Assembly (NCBI GenBank): GCA_035517615.1
Contig: DATIYM010000018.1
Coordinates: forward strand, 45,822-109,821
Source of the DNA: Gemmatimonadales bacterium
Lineage (GTDB): Bacteria > Gemmatimonadota > Gemmatimonadetes > Gemmatimonadales > GWC2-71-9
Length of the DNA: 64,000 nt
Direction of reading: 5' to 3'
Made by a program: the position numbers and the translations under genes
Part shown: positions 37,115 through 46,302 of the stretch, in pieces
How positions within the stretch are numbered: the first letter of the stretch is position 1
How the letters are laid out: each line of letters opens with the position of its first letter
The notes under the pieces: model-generated
What the model saw: only the letters and a program-made list of their open reading frames with translations
What the model was told of the DNA's origin: nothing
Database searches by the model: none

Positions 37115-37632
37115 CAGGACGCCTCCGCGAGCGGACCTGCCGCCGCGAGCACGAGCTGCTCCTGTGAGCTCAACAGCTGTGCCGTGTTGAGCACGATAAT
37201 CGTGCGTCCCTCGCGCGCGATGAGCCCGCCGATGTATTCGGCGGCGAGCCCGCGGACGATCTTCGGCGGCGGCGTGATTTCGTTTGCGCCCAGCTCCAGC
37301 ACTTCCGTGACCGCGTCCACGATCACCCCGATCCGGCCGCCACCCGCCACCGACTCGCCATCGTTGCCGCGGCTCGCGCCCAACTCCCAGTCGAGAATCA
37401 CGGTCCGCGTTTCGTTCTTGACCGGCGCCGGCACTCCGAGCCGCTTCCGGAGATCGATGACCGGCACCACGGTCCCTTGATAGCGGAGCACGCCCTCGAG
37501 AAAGGCAGGCGCCTTGGGCAGCGGCACCGGAGGTTCGTAGCGGAGGATCCGCTCAACGTGAAAGATGTTGAACGCGAAGTCCTGCCCCGCAACCTTGAAC
37601 GAGACGAGCTGGACTTCATCGCCTGTGTTCAT
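37114..37632 (-). CDS. cheW: chemotaxis coupling protein CheW
   Basis: 172 aa. LVSFKVAGQDFAFNIFHVERI...GVLRYQGTVVPVIDLRKRLG...IGVIVDAVTEVL. Confidence 0.85.
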   Translation of the reverse strand: MNTGDEVQLVSFKVAGQDFAFNIFHVERILRYEPPVPLPKAPAFLEGVLRYQGTVVPVIDLRKRLGVPAPVKNETRTVILDWELGASRGNDGESVAGGGRIGVIVDAVTEVLELGANEITPPPKIVRGLAAEYIGGLIAREGRTIIVLNTAQLLSSQEQLVLAAAGPLAEAS

Positions 37633-38054
37633 GCGAACCGCTCCTCCAAAGCCGCGAAATCGAGAATCGGTACGAGTCCCGTCCCCTCCGCGCGATGCGC
37701 CACGCCGCTGGCCCAGGGAAGCGACTCTCCCGGCGGCACCGGGATGGCCCGTACGCGCACCACTTCCTCGGCATCGTCCACTTCGAAAGCGACGTAGCGC
37801 TCCCCCTCACCGATCTGCACCACGACTGTCGTCTGCCCCTGCGCTGCCGGGGGCGTCCGTCCGGCGCCGCCGAGCAGCGCGCCCAGGTGCACGAGCGGCA
37901 CGAGCCGACCGCGCCACGGGGTGAGACCGCGCATCGCATCGAGCGCCCGGGGCACGGACAGCACTTCCGCCCCGTCGTTGACCTCGAGCACCCGCACGAG
38001 CGGCAGGCCATACGGACGGCCTTCCGATCGCACCAGGAGATAGCCCTCGCTCAT
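37629..38054 (-). CDS. CheW-like protein (divergent)
   Basis: 141 aa. [21 protein letters not shown]...[20 protein letters not shown]...[11 protein letters not shown] has CheW topology. ATGA overlaps on both sides. Confidence 0.75.
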   Translation of the reverse strand: MSEGYLLVRSEGRPYGLPLVRVLEVNDGAEVLSVPRALDAMRGLTPWRGRLVPLVHLGALLGGAGRTPPAAQGQTTVVVQIGEGERYVAFEVDDAEEVVRVRAIPVPPGESLPWASGVAHRAEGTGLVPILDFAALEERFA

Positions 38055-39145
38055 GGCGGCGCGACGCGTGGGGCTCGCACCAGCTCAACCACGCGTCCGG
38101 CAATGTGTGCCAGCGGCAGCACCGCGTCCGCGCCGCCGCCCTGCGCTGCCGCCACGGGCATGCCAGCGATCACCGACGACTCGCGATCCTGCGCGACGCC
38201 CCTGCCCCCGGCATCATGAATCGCCCGCAGCCCGGCCGCGCCGTCCCGACCCATTCCCGTCAACACGACGCCGACTGCACGGGAACCGAACAGCTCCGCG
38301 ACCGAGCGAAACAGGGGATCGGCGGCCGGGCGAACGCCCCATACCGGAGGGGATTGATCGAGGGCGAGTGCGGGACCGTCGGGCCCTTGGACCACGCGCA
38401 TATGATAATCTCCGGGGGCCACATAGGCGGTGTCCTCCACCACAGGCGCCCCGTGGTCACCCTCAACCACGCGGAGCGGACTCATCGAATCGAGCCGTTC
38501 CGCCAGACTGCGCGTGAATTTGGGCGGCATGTGTTGCGCAATCAGGACCGCCGCCCCAAGGCCGGCAGGCAGTCGGGGAATGAGCTCCGCCAGGGCCCGC
38601 GGCCCGCCCGTCGATGCGGCGATCGCGACGACGGCCCGCGCCCGGGGGCGAAGCTGCATCTCGGCCGGATGACGCACCGCGGCCGGCGGGCGGGCCATCA
38701 CCGAGACGTGCGAGAGGTCGGCGGCCAGCGCGCGCCTCACCGCGGCCACGAGCTCCGGCGCGATGTGCTCGAGCGGCGCCCGGCCGGAATCGGGGGGCTT
38801 GGCGACGATCTCGACGGCACCGAGCTCGAGCGCGCGGATCGCCGCCTGCGTGCCGGGTCCGGCGTGTGCGCTCACGACCACGATGGGGCGCGGGATCTCG
38901 GACATGATGTAGCCGATCGCGGCGAGCCCGTCGAGCTCGGGCATCTCGAGATCCATCGTGATCACGTCCGGCTCGTGCTGATGGACTTTGCGCACCGCGT
39001 CCAGCCCGTCGCGCGCGGTGCCGACGACGTCGAATTCCCCGGAGCCTTGCGGTCCCGCGAGCACGTCCGAAATCACCCGGCGCAGGAATGCGCTGTCGTC
39101 CACCACGAGCACCCGGGCCTTCCGGGCCTGGCGCTCAGATGACAC
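38051..39145 (-). CDS. cheB: protein-glutamate methylesterase/deamidase CheB (REC plus esterase)
   Basis: Trimmed to GTG 39145 ([23 protein letters not shown]). REC Asp in [14 protein letters not shown]. Esterase motifs [22 protein letters not shown]. Confidence 0.85.
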   Translation of the reverse strand: MSSERQARKARVLVVDDSAFLRRVISDVLAGPQGSGEFDVVGTARDGLDAVRKVHQHEPDVITMDLEMPELDGLAAIGYIMSEIPRPIVVVSAHAGPGTQAAIRALELGAVEIVAKPPDSGRAPLEHIAPELVAAVRRALAADLSHVSVMARPPAAVRHPAEMQLRPRARAVVAIAASTGGPRALAELIPRLPAGLGAAVLIAQHMPPKFTRSLAERLDSMSPLRVVEGDHGAPVVEDTAYVAPGDYHMRVVQGPDGPALALDQSPPVWGVRPAADPLFRSVAELFGSRAVGVVLTGMGRDGAAGLRAIHDAGGRGVAQDRESSVIAGMPVAAAQGGGADAVLPLAHIAGRVVELVRAPRVAPP

Positions 39146-39635
39146 GAACGGGACATCCCACGGTACGCACCTCGACGCGGCCGTCCGCCACGAACATGTG
39201 CACCGAGCGGCCCGATCCGCCCCCCACGGCCTCCGCCGTGACCGGGATCGACGCATGGCGCAGCGCCTGCCGGGCCGCGACGATGTTGCGCTCGCCCATC
39301 TGGACCGATCCCGGTTGCATCAGCTGCGCAAACATGCTGGCCCCACCCGCAAGCTTGGCGACGACATGGCGCGGGTCGGCCCCGAGCTCCGCCACTCGTT
39401 CGAGCAGAAACGGCACCGCGGTCTCGGGGAATCGCGCCGGATTCGCGGCGTCGCGCGACAGGCTCCGGGATGGCAGGAGGATGTGCGCCATTGCGCCCAC
39501 TCGAGCCCCCGGATCGTGCAGCATGATTGCGACGCAGGAGCCGAGACCGAGGGTGACGAGCACCGCGTCGCCGCGATCCGCCGCCCATTCCCCCACGCGT
39601 ACCATGTGCTCACGACGCGCATCGGAGCGGTTCAT
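39135..39635 (-). CDS. cheD: chemoreceptor glutamine deamidase CheD
   Basis: Trimmed to ATG 39635 (ATGA with the cheR stop). [12 protein letters not shown]...AHILLP...KLAGGASMF. Confidence 0.85.
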   Translation of the reverse strand: MNRSDARREHMVRVGEWAADRGDAVLVTLGLGSCVAIMLHDPGARVGAMAHILLPSRSLSRDAANPARFPETAVPFLLERVAELGADPRHVVAKLAGGASMFAQLMQPGSVQMGERNIVAARQALRHASIPVTAEAVGGGSGRSVHMFVADGRVEVRTVGCPVRVI

Positions 39636-40447
39636 TCGAGCCGACGGTAGATCCGCTCCCGCGGCTCCTCCAGCTTGAAGCGCTGCCGGACCTCGCCGAA
39701 CAGCGTCTCGACTTTTCCGAGCACGAGAATGCCGGCGGGAACGAGCGCGTCGGCGAACGCGCCGAACAGCCGCTCCTGGAGCGGCCGCTCGAAGTAGATC
39801 ATCACGTTGCGGCACACGATCAGGTCATACGGCGCCGCGGGCGGCGGCTCGGTCGTGAGATCGTGCCGGCGCACGCGCATCATGGTGCGCAGCCGCTCCA
39901 CGGCCTGGCGGGGCTCTACCGCGCTGAAGTACCGCGCGGCGAGCTCGCCGGGAATTTCTCCGAACGCGCTCGCCGGGAACGCCGCGGATTCCGTGCGCGC
40001 GATACTTTCGCGATCGAGATCCGTGGCATCGATGCGGGGCCGATCGAGCCAGCGTTCCTGTCCCTGGTGCCGCGCGGTCTCGGCGATCGCCACCGCGAGG
40101 CTGTAGGGCTCCTCGCCCGACGCGCAGCCCGCGGACCACACCCGAATCCGTCCTTCCCGCGCGTGCCACAGCTCGCGCAAGTAGACGGCCAGCGCCTCCC
40201 ACGTTTCGGCGTTGCGCCAGAACTTGGTGACATTGATGGTGAGCGTGTCGAGCAGCCGATCGTATTCGGTCGCGTCTTCGTCGAGCAGGCGCGCGTAGGC
40301 ACCGTAGGTATGGACGCCGCGTGCGCGCATGCGCACGGCCAGCCGCCGCCGAAAGCACTTGTGTTTATAGCTCTCGCAGCTGATGCCCCGGGCCAGCGAG
40401 ATCTTGCGGGTCAGCGCGTCGAATTCAGGATCCTGCGATGGAATCAC
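39632..40447 (-). CDS. cheR: chemotaxis protein methyltransferase CheR
   Basis: 271 aa. TINVTKFWRN, RVWSAGCASGEEPYSLA, DLIVCRNVMIYF. Confidence 0.85.
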   Translation of the reverse strand: MIPSQDPEFDALTRKISLARGISCESYKHKCFRRRLAVRMRARGVHTYGAYARLLDEDATEYDRLLDTLTINVTKFWRNAETWEALAVYLRELWHAREGRIRVWSAGCASGEEPYSLAVAIAETARHQGQERWLDRPRIDATDLDRESIARTESAAFPASAFGEIPGELAARYFSAVEPRQAVERLRTMMRVRRHDLTTEPPPAAPYDLIVCRNVMIYFERPLQERLFGAFADALVPAGILVLGKVETLFGEVRQRFKLEEPRERIYRRLE

Positions 40448-42060
40448 GACAGCGCGCTCAGCGTGTCGAGGTTCGCCTTCACGAGCTCATGCTTGGGATT
40501 CAGCTCGAGGGCTCTGCGCCAGAACATGGTGGCGAGGTCCCGGTCGTTCCGCTTGTAGGCGATGTTGCCAAGCTTGAAGTAAACATCGTCGCCCAGGTCG
40601 GGAGCGAGCTCGATGGCGCGGCTGTAGGCTTCCCACGCCTCGTCGTAGCGCGATCCCCGGTACGCGAGATCGCCTTGATTCTTCGAGAGCTGGGGCAGCG
40701 ACGGCTCGCTCTTCTTGGCGGTCTGGATCAATTCCTCGGCTTTTTCCAGATCCCCGGCGAGTTCGTGCAGCACCGCCATGTTGTTCTGCAGCACGGCATG
40801 CGAGGGGTATGCCTCCGCCCCTTCCTCCGCGATCTGATCGGCAAGCTCGAATTCGCCCGCCGAGGCGGCGGCGAGCCCGCGTGCCCAAAACCACACCGGC
40901 GGCGGCACGCCCTGGAACAGCTCGCGCGCGCGATCGAGCCGTCCGGCCGCGCTCGCGAAATCCCCCTGTTTCAGCGCGATGATTCCCCACCCGAGGAACG
41001 TGCGCGGATCGTTCTTCCCGCGCGCCGCGGCCTCGCTGTACGCCGCCTCCGCGTCGGGGAGCCGGCCGAGCTGCTCGTACGCGAGCGCGAGATTGTGCAG
41101 CACCGCGGGCTTGCCGCCGCCTTTCTCCGCGGCGAGCCGCAGCGCGTCCATCGCTTCCCGCCAGCGCGCCTGACGCAACCCCACCAGCCCGAGATAGAAA
41201 TGCGCGTGCGCATCGCCGGGCCGGAGCTCCGTCACCCGGCGGAACTCCCGCGCCGCCTCGTCGAGCATTCCCGTCTTGTAGAACGCGATGCCGAGATTGC
41301 GATGCTCCTCGACCCGCGCCTCCGTGAGCTGGGCATCATCGGACGGGGCGGTGCGTCCCGCCCGGTGCAGAAACCCCGCCGTAATGAGCCCGTACAGCGC
41401 CTTCCCGATCTCGAACTCGCCCAGCCCAGAATCTTCGATGATCTGGTTCACGTCCCGCGTGCCGTCGAGCAGCGGGAGAATTCGCTGCTGCGCGTCGGTC
41501 AGCTTTGCGTCGGAAATCGCGAGCCGGTCTTTGTCCACGATGAAAATCAGATCGAACGCCGGAATCTTCTTCTCGATCAGGCTCCATTCGTCCACGCGGC
41601 GCGCGCCTTCGAGCAGCAGCGACTCGGGATTGATGGAAACCAGGAAATCCTGCCGGTCGGCACGTACGTCGGCCTCGAAGTTGAACGTCCCCTGCGTCCA
41701 CGTGAACAGGTAATAGACGGATTCCTCGATCTGCACGCGCATATAACGCTCGAGATCGTCCTGGGTGATGACGTTCTGGCTGACGAGAATCTGCCCGAGC
41801 TTCTTGTCGCGCTGCTTGGATTGTCGATGGATGCCGGCGTCGAGCTGTTCCTGCGTGATCTTGCCGTGCTTGACGAGGATGTCGCCGAGGCGGTCGCGGC
41901 GGTTGACGATGGAGGCGTAGGAGATCCGCCCCTTCTCGAAGTAGATGTAGCCGAAGTTGGCCCGGTCGGCGATCGAGAGACACCCGGTCTTCTGCCCCAG
42001 CGAGAGCAGCTGCAGGACGTCCGGGAGCGAGGCCTCCTTGAGCGAACCCTTGATGGCCAC
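40444..42060 (-). CDS. DUF4388/PATAN-domain protein with tandem MshEN-like (T2SSE_N) motifs and C-terminal TPRs
   Basis: 538 aa. N-terminus GSLKEASLPDVLQLLSLGQKTGCLSI...GYIYFEKGRISYA is the DUF4388 signature. Then RLGDILVKHGKITQEQLDAGIHRQ-SKQRDK-KLGQILVSQNVITQDDLERYMRVQ, followed by TPRs. The GTG start directly abuts the upstream TAG. Confidence 0.7.
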   Translation of the reverse strand: MAIKGSLKEASLPDVLQLLSLGQKTGCLSIADRANFGYIYFEKGRISYASIVNRRDRLGDILVKHGKITQEQLDAGIHRQSKQRDKKLGQILVSQNVITQDDLERYMRVQIEESVYYLFTWTQGTFNFEADVRADRQDFLVSINPESLLLEGARRVDEWSLIEKKIPAFDLIFIVDKDRLAISDAKLTDAQQRILPLLDGTRDVNQIIEDSGLGEFEIGKALYGLITAGFLHRAGRTAPSDDAQLTEARVEEHRNLGIAFYKTGMLDEAAREFRRVTELRPGDAHAHFYLGLVGLRQARWREAMDALRLAAEKGGGKPAVLHNLALAYEQLGRLPDAEAAYSEAAARGKNDPRTFLGWGIIALKQGDFASAAGRLDRARELFQGVPPPVWFWARGLAAASAGEFELADQIAEEGAEAYPSHAVLQNNMAVLHELAGDLEKAEELIQTAKKSEPSLPQLSKNQGDLAYRGSRYDEAWEAYSRAIELAPDLGDDVYFKLGNIAYKRNDRDLATMFWRRALELNPKHELVKANLDTLSALS

Positions 42061-44004
42061 CTAGTGCAGCTCCTCGATCAATCGATCCGCGGGCGCCGGC
42101 CAGTCCCACACCATTTTTTCGCGGCTGCGGATGCCGCCGAGGCTCGAGACCACGAGCCCGCTCGTCCGGAGCGCGCCGCTCTTCCGATTGGGTTCGCGCT
42201 CGTGCCCCTCGAGCACCGCGCGCGCGAGCCCCACCGAGACGGACTGGTCCTGCGCGGCCGCCGCTCCGATCACGCGCTGCAGCAGTCCCTGCAGACCCCG
42301 CACCGAGTCCACCGGCCGGTCGGCTAAATACTCGAGCAGCGCCGAATCGCGATTCAACTGGTGCGTAACGAAGAGCCGCTCGAGCATCGCGCGACGGATT
42401 TCCCGGTCCGGCTCCATGATCTCGGCCACGAGTCCGCCTCCGAGGCGCGAGATCAGCCGTGCCTCCATTCCAGTGAGCTTGCTGGGATGCACCGGCGCGG
42501 TGAACAGGAGCTGACGTTCCTGATCGAGAAACAGATTGAACAGATTGAACAGCTCTTCCTGTGTCCGATCCTTCCCGGCGACGAGGTGGATGTCGTCGAG
42601 CAGCAGAGCGGTCGCGCGGCGGTAGCGTGCGCGCCACCACTCCACGCGATTCCCATTGATGGATGTGATCAATTCGTCGATGAACGTCTGCGTGGACAGG
42701 CACGCGACGACGGCGCCTGGCTGCTTGGCCAGCTCGAGTCCGACGCCGTGCAGGAGATGCGTTTTCCCCGACCCGCTCTTTCCGATGAACACGAGCGGGT
42801 TATACCGCTTGCCCGGTTGCTCGAGCACGGCGCGCGCGGCCGTGACCGCAACCTGATTCGCCGCCCCGGTGGCGTAATTCGCGAGCGGGAACGCGGCCGA
42901 TGGACCGTGCGGCGGCGCCGAACCGACGAGCACCTGCGACGCGGCCGCTTCCGCTTCGGTCATCCGCTCGGGATCGCGGAACAGGCTCTGGCCCGCGGCC
43001 TGCGGATCGAGCGCCGCCACCTCGTTCTCCAGGGTCCGGAGCCGCTCGACGTCGCGGGCAAATGCCGCGATCTCCGCATCGACCGCCGGCGGGGTGTCGC
43101 GCTCGAGCAGGACCTCGAGTCGATGGGTCCGGTAGCCCTCGCCCTCCCAGCGCAGGATGGCCTCGGCCACGCGAGCGCGCCATGCCTCCACGGCCTTCCC
43201 GACGGTGGCAGTCACGTCATCGAGGAACGATCCAAACTCGTCCGCCGAGCCCGCGACGCGAGCGGCCGCCGGCGGCGCCACCGCTCTCTCGAGTCCGAGC
43301 AGTTGCTTCGCGCCCTCCGCGTTGAGGGGCGTGTCGTTCACCGCCTGGTAGGCGACCATGCGGTTCAACGCGCCCATCAGCTCGCGCACGTTCGGGAATT
43401 CGGCCGTCGCCACCGTTTCGAGCACGCCGGGCTGGAAGTTCGCGCCCCGTTCCTCGGACTTGCGGCGCAGGATCGCTACGCGGGTCTCGTAATCGGGGAC
43501 GCCGATGTCGACCACCAGGCCCCCCGAGAACCGCGAGATGAGCCGCTCGTCGAGATCAGCGATCTCGGCCGGAGGGCGATCGCTCGTCAGCACGATCTGG
43601 TGGCCGCCGGACTGCAGCGCTTCGATCAGCCGCAGCAGCTCCGCCTGCATCTCCTTGCGGTTCGTGAGGAACTGCACATCGTCGATCAGCAGCACGTCGA
43701 CGTTCTGAAACCGGCGGCGAAACGCGTCTCCTTGCCCCGCCGCCACGGCGGCGTGGAACGCCTCGACGTATTCGTCCAGGCTCAGGTACTCGATGTTCAG
43801 ATTCGGAAACAGCTTCTTCGCGCTTTGTCCGATCGCCATCAACAGGTGTGTCTTGCCGAGGCCCGAGACGCTGTAGACGAACAGCGGGTTGTAAACCGTT
43901 CCCGGATTCTCGGCCACGGCGCGTCCCGCCGTTACCGCCAGGCGGTTGGCCGCGCCGACCACGCATGTCTCGAACGACAGCCGGGGATTGAGCGCCGTGG
44001 TCAT
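42061..44004 (-). CDS. tandem DnaA-type AAA+ ATPase (two domain-III modules; no domain I or domain IV)
   Basis: 647 aa. Module 1 (aa ~10-225): [91 protein letters not shown]. Module 2 (aa ~372-600): [86 protein letters not shown] overlap with the mglA stop. Confidence 0.75.
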   Translation of the reverse strand: MTTALNPRLSFETCVVGAANRLAVTAGRAVAENPGTVYNPLFVYSVSGLGKTHLLMAIGQSAKKLFPNLNIEYLSLDEYVEAFHAAVAAGQGDAFRRRFQNVDVLLIDDVQFLTNRKEMQAELLRLIEALQSGGHQIVLTSDRPPAEIADLDERLISRFSGGLVVDIGVPDYETRVAILRRKSEERGANFQPGVLETVATAEFPNVRELMGALNRMVAYQAVNDTPLNAEGAKQLLGLERAVAPPAAARVAGSADEFGSFLDDVTATVGKAVEAWRARVAEAILRWEGEGYRTHRLEVLLERDTPPAVDAEIAAFARDVERLRTLENEVAALDPQAAGQSLFRDPERMTEAEAAASQVLVGSAPPHGPSAAFPLANYATGAANQVAVTAARAVLEQPGKRYNPLVFIGKSGSGKTHLLHGVGLELAKQPGAVVACLSTQTFIDELITSINGNRVEWWRARYRRATALLLDDIHLVAGKDRTQEELFNLFNLFLDQERQLLFTAPVHPSKLTGMEARLISRLGGGLVAEIMEPDREIRRAMLERLFVTHQLNRDSALLEYLADRPVDSVRGLQGLLQRVIGAAAAQDQSVSVGLARAVLEGHEREPNRKSGALRTSGLVVSSLGGIRSREKMVWDWPAPADRLIEELH

Positions 44005-44600
44005 GCGGTGGTCCCGGCGGACAGACGCTTCAGCACCAGCTCCGAGATCGCCTTGAGGGTCTCGAACACACCCCGGCCGTGGAGCGCGTCGGCGGGAAGG
44101 CTCGGGACCGCGCGGAAATTGAGCGCATCATCGAGCTCCGCCGGCTCGAGAATCAGCTCACGCGGCAGGTCCTGCTTGTTGTATTGCATGACGAGGGGGA
44201 GCGTGCGGACGTCGATCCCAAGCTCGAGCAGATTGCTCTGCAGGTTCTGCAGGCTTTCGACGTTCTCGTCGAGCTGCCGGGCCTGACTGTCCCCGACGAA
44301 CACCACGCCGTCCGCGCCCTGGAGCACGAGACGCCGCGTCGCGTTGTAATAGACCTGCCCCGGCACCGTGTACAGCTGGAACCGCGTGCTGAAGCCCGAG
44401 ATCTGACCCAGATCGATGGGGAGAAAATCGAAGAACAGCGTGCGATCGGTTTGCGTCGCGAGCGACACCATCCGTCCGCGCCGGGCCTCGGGGACGCGGC
44501 CGTAGATGTAGTGGAGATTGGTGGTCTTGCCCGATCGTCCGGGTCCGTAGTAGACGATCTTGCAGGTGATCTCGCGGGTCGTGAAGTTGACGAGGGACAC
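44001..44600 (-). CDS. mglA: Ras-like polarity/gliding GTPase MglA
   Basis: 199 aa, colinear with Myxococcus MglA as I recall it. [62 protein letters not shown]. The intrinsic Arg and catalytic Gln positions are conserved. Confidence 0.9.
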   Translation of the reverse strand: MSLVNFTTREITCKIVYYGPGRSGKTTNLHYIYGRVPEARRGRMVSLATQTDRTLFFDFLPIDLGQISGFSTRFQLYTVPGQVYYNATRRLVLQGADGVVFVGDSQARQLDENVESLQNLQSNLLELGIDVRTLPLVMQYNKQDLPRELILEPAELDDALNFRAVPSLPADALHGRGVFETLKAISELVLKRLSAGTTA

Positions 44601-44603
44601 GTG

Positions 44604-45074
44604 CTATCTCCCGAACAGCGTGTCGAGGCTGTCGCTCAGCTGGCGCTCGAAATCGGCCGCCAGCACCTGCTTCGGGACGCCGGTCTTGGGACTCGCCGCG
44701 TGCAGCTCCGTCCGGAGTTGCTCGAAAAATAACTGCACCAGCCCGATCGATGAAACGTCGAGGTCGTACACCACCAGAACCACCACCATGCCCTGATGGG
44801 TCGGCGCGTTCGCGAGAAAGATTCCGTGACGCTCTCCCTGGTGCGTGAGCGCGGCAAACGGCGGCTCGCCGAGTTGGCGCGCGATCTCGGTGGTCGACGC
44901 CACGATCGCCGAACTGAGTGCGGCCGCCGACATGACGTCGAGCGCGCGCGCGAAGCCATGCTGCGCCAGCACCTGCCCCGCGGGCGTCATCAGCAGCACC
45001 AGCCGCGCCGCAGCCTCCCCGACGAACTGCTTGAGGGGATCGAGCGTCCACGTCTCCACCGCGCGCGTGGTCAT
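44604..45074 (-). CDS. mglB: Roadblock/LC7 protein, MglB-like (putative MglA GAP)
   Basis: Trimmed to ATG 45074 (ATGA overlap). 156 aa. VLLMTPAGQVLAQHG...VVLVVYDLDVSSIGLVQL and a C-terminal acidic tail ...DSLDTLFGR parallel the MglB architecture. It lies directly upstream of mglA. Confidence 0.75.
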   Translation of the reverse strand: MTTRAVETWTLDPLKQFVGEAAARLVLLMTPAGQVLAQHGFARALDVMSAAALSSAIVASTTEIARQLGEPPFAALTHQGERHGIFLANAPTHQGMVVVLVVYDLDVSSIGLVQLFFEQLRTELHAASPKTGVPKQVLAADFERQLSDSLDTLFGR

Positions 45075-45418
45075 CCGACCAGCTCCGCGGCGCGCAGCAG
45101 CTCGAGCCGGACCAGTCCGACATTCACCTCCGTCTCGGCCACGGCCACGATGAGGACTCCCGACGGCGCGGGCACCACGAGCAGGGCACCTTCGGTGCAC
45201 TGCAGATGCCAGAACAGCGCGGCGCCGATGCCCCCCGCGGCCATCGCGCGCGACAGCCGGTTCGCGAGGCTGCCGGCGAGCGCCGCCACGGCAGGACCCT
45301 TGATGCCCTCCATCAGCTGCTCGGCGACCACCAATCCATCCGTTGCGGAGACGAGCATCGCGCCCCGGACGCCCCGGACTCGCGTGACGAGATCGAGCGC
45401 ACGCACATAGCCGCTCAT
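45071..45418 (-). CDS. Roadblock/LC7 domain protein
   Basis: 115 aa. LDLVTRVRGVRGAMLVSATDGLVVA...ALLVVPAPSGVLIVAVAETEVNVGLVRLEL is a canonical Roadblock pattern. Confidence 0.75.
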   Translation of the reverse strand: MSGYVRALDLVTRVRGVRGAMLVSATDGLVVAEQLMEGIKGPAVAALAGSLANRLSRAMAAGGIGAALFWHLQCTEGALLVVPAPSGVLIVAVAETEVNVGLVRLELLRAAELVG

Positions 45419-46302
45419 GCCTGTCGCTCCAGCCAGCGGGCGGCAACCTGTGCCGCGCGCTGCGCGATGATCGCGAGCCGCCCCATGGGCACCGCGCGAT
45501 CGCGGATGATCAGCAGCAACGTTTGCGCGCTCGGTTGGGCCAGATGGACGTGTCCGCTCACACCTTCGGCGGCAAGACCGGTCCAGGTGCCGAGCCCTAC
45601 GAGCTTCGCGGTCCGGGCGGCTTCCTGTGACACGCCGGCCAGGTACGCCGCCACGGGAGCGGTGACGTCGTTTCCCGAGCCATCCCGCAATGCGCCGCCC
45701 AGCACCTGGCCCGAGCCGTCGAGCAGCAGCAATCCTTCCTGCGCGCCCTCGAGCCCCGCGAATACGCGCTGCTCGTCGAGTGGACCAGACGACGCGGCCG
45801 GAGCCGGCGGCGGCGTCGGCGCCGGTGCGGCAGAGCTCGGGGGCGCCGGAGCGGCGGGCACGGCAGCGCTCTCGAATCCCAGTCCCGCCGCCGCCGCCCC
45901 CGCATCGCCGCCCTGCACCATGGCCACGGCCTGCGCGATGGTGGGATCGCTCGGCGAGTGGCGTTGCGCCGCCTCGAGGTGCGCGGCGGCCTGCTCCACG
46001 TCACCGACCTTGAAATACAGAAACGCGAGTCCTTTCAGCGCGCCCACGTGCGTGGGCGCGATCCGGAGCGTCATGTCCCATTCGTCGAACGCGCGCTCGA
46101 AATCGCGCTTGTCGGCCAGGATCCGCGCGTAGAGGTCGTGCGCATCCGCGAGATGCGGGTGCCTCTCGAGCCCCGAGAGAGCCACCCGATGCGCCGCATC
46201 GAGCTGGCCCTTGTGGCGCAGCAGCTCGCCCAAGCGCAGGAACACGAGACTCGTGGGGTCCTGGGCGAGCTGCGCGGACAACGACTTCACGTCCTCAGCC
46301 AT
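45415..46302 (-). CDS. TPR - Pro/Ala linker - Roadblock/LC7 fusion protein
   Basis: ATG 46302 (MAEDVKSL) overlaps the upstream stop by 8 nt. N-terminal TPRs, then a linker AVPAAPAPPSSAAPAPTPPPAPAASS. The C-terminus GLLLLDGSGQVLGG...LLLIIRDRAVPMGRLAII is Roadblock-like. Confidence 0.65.
   Translation of the reverse strand: MAEDVKSLSAQLAQDPTSLVFLRLGELLRHKGQLDAAHRVALSGLERHPHLADAHDLYARILADKRDFERAFDEWDMTLRIAPTHVGALKGLAFLYFKVGDVEQAAAHLEAAQRHSPSDPTIAQAVAMVQGGDAGAAAAGLGFESAAVPAAPAPPSSAAPAPTPPPAPAASSGPLDEQRVFAGLEGAQEGLLLLDGSGQVLGGALRDGSGNDVTAPVAAYLAGVSQEAARTAKLVGLGTWTGLAAEGVSGHVHLAQPSAQTLLLIIRDRAVPMGRLAIIAQRAAQVAARWLERQA

Noticed and set aside
42061-44004. Whether the DnaA-like gene marks the chromosomal replication origin (dnaA/oriC).
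   Set aside because: It has no domain I and no domain IV. There is no adjacent dnaN, recF or gyrB. There is no intergenic AT-rich region, and I saw no clustered TTATCCACA-like boxes. It sits in the middle of an operon.
40438-44286. Long plus-strand ORFs 40438..42327 (629 aa) and 42361..44286 (641 aa).
   Set aside because: They lie antisense to the DUF4388-TPR, AAA+ tandem and mglA genes, all of which have clear family signatures. Their translations are R/E/L/P-rich low-information sequence. They are GC-driven shadow ORFs.
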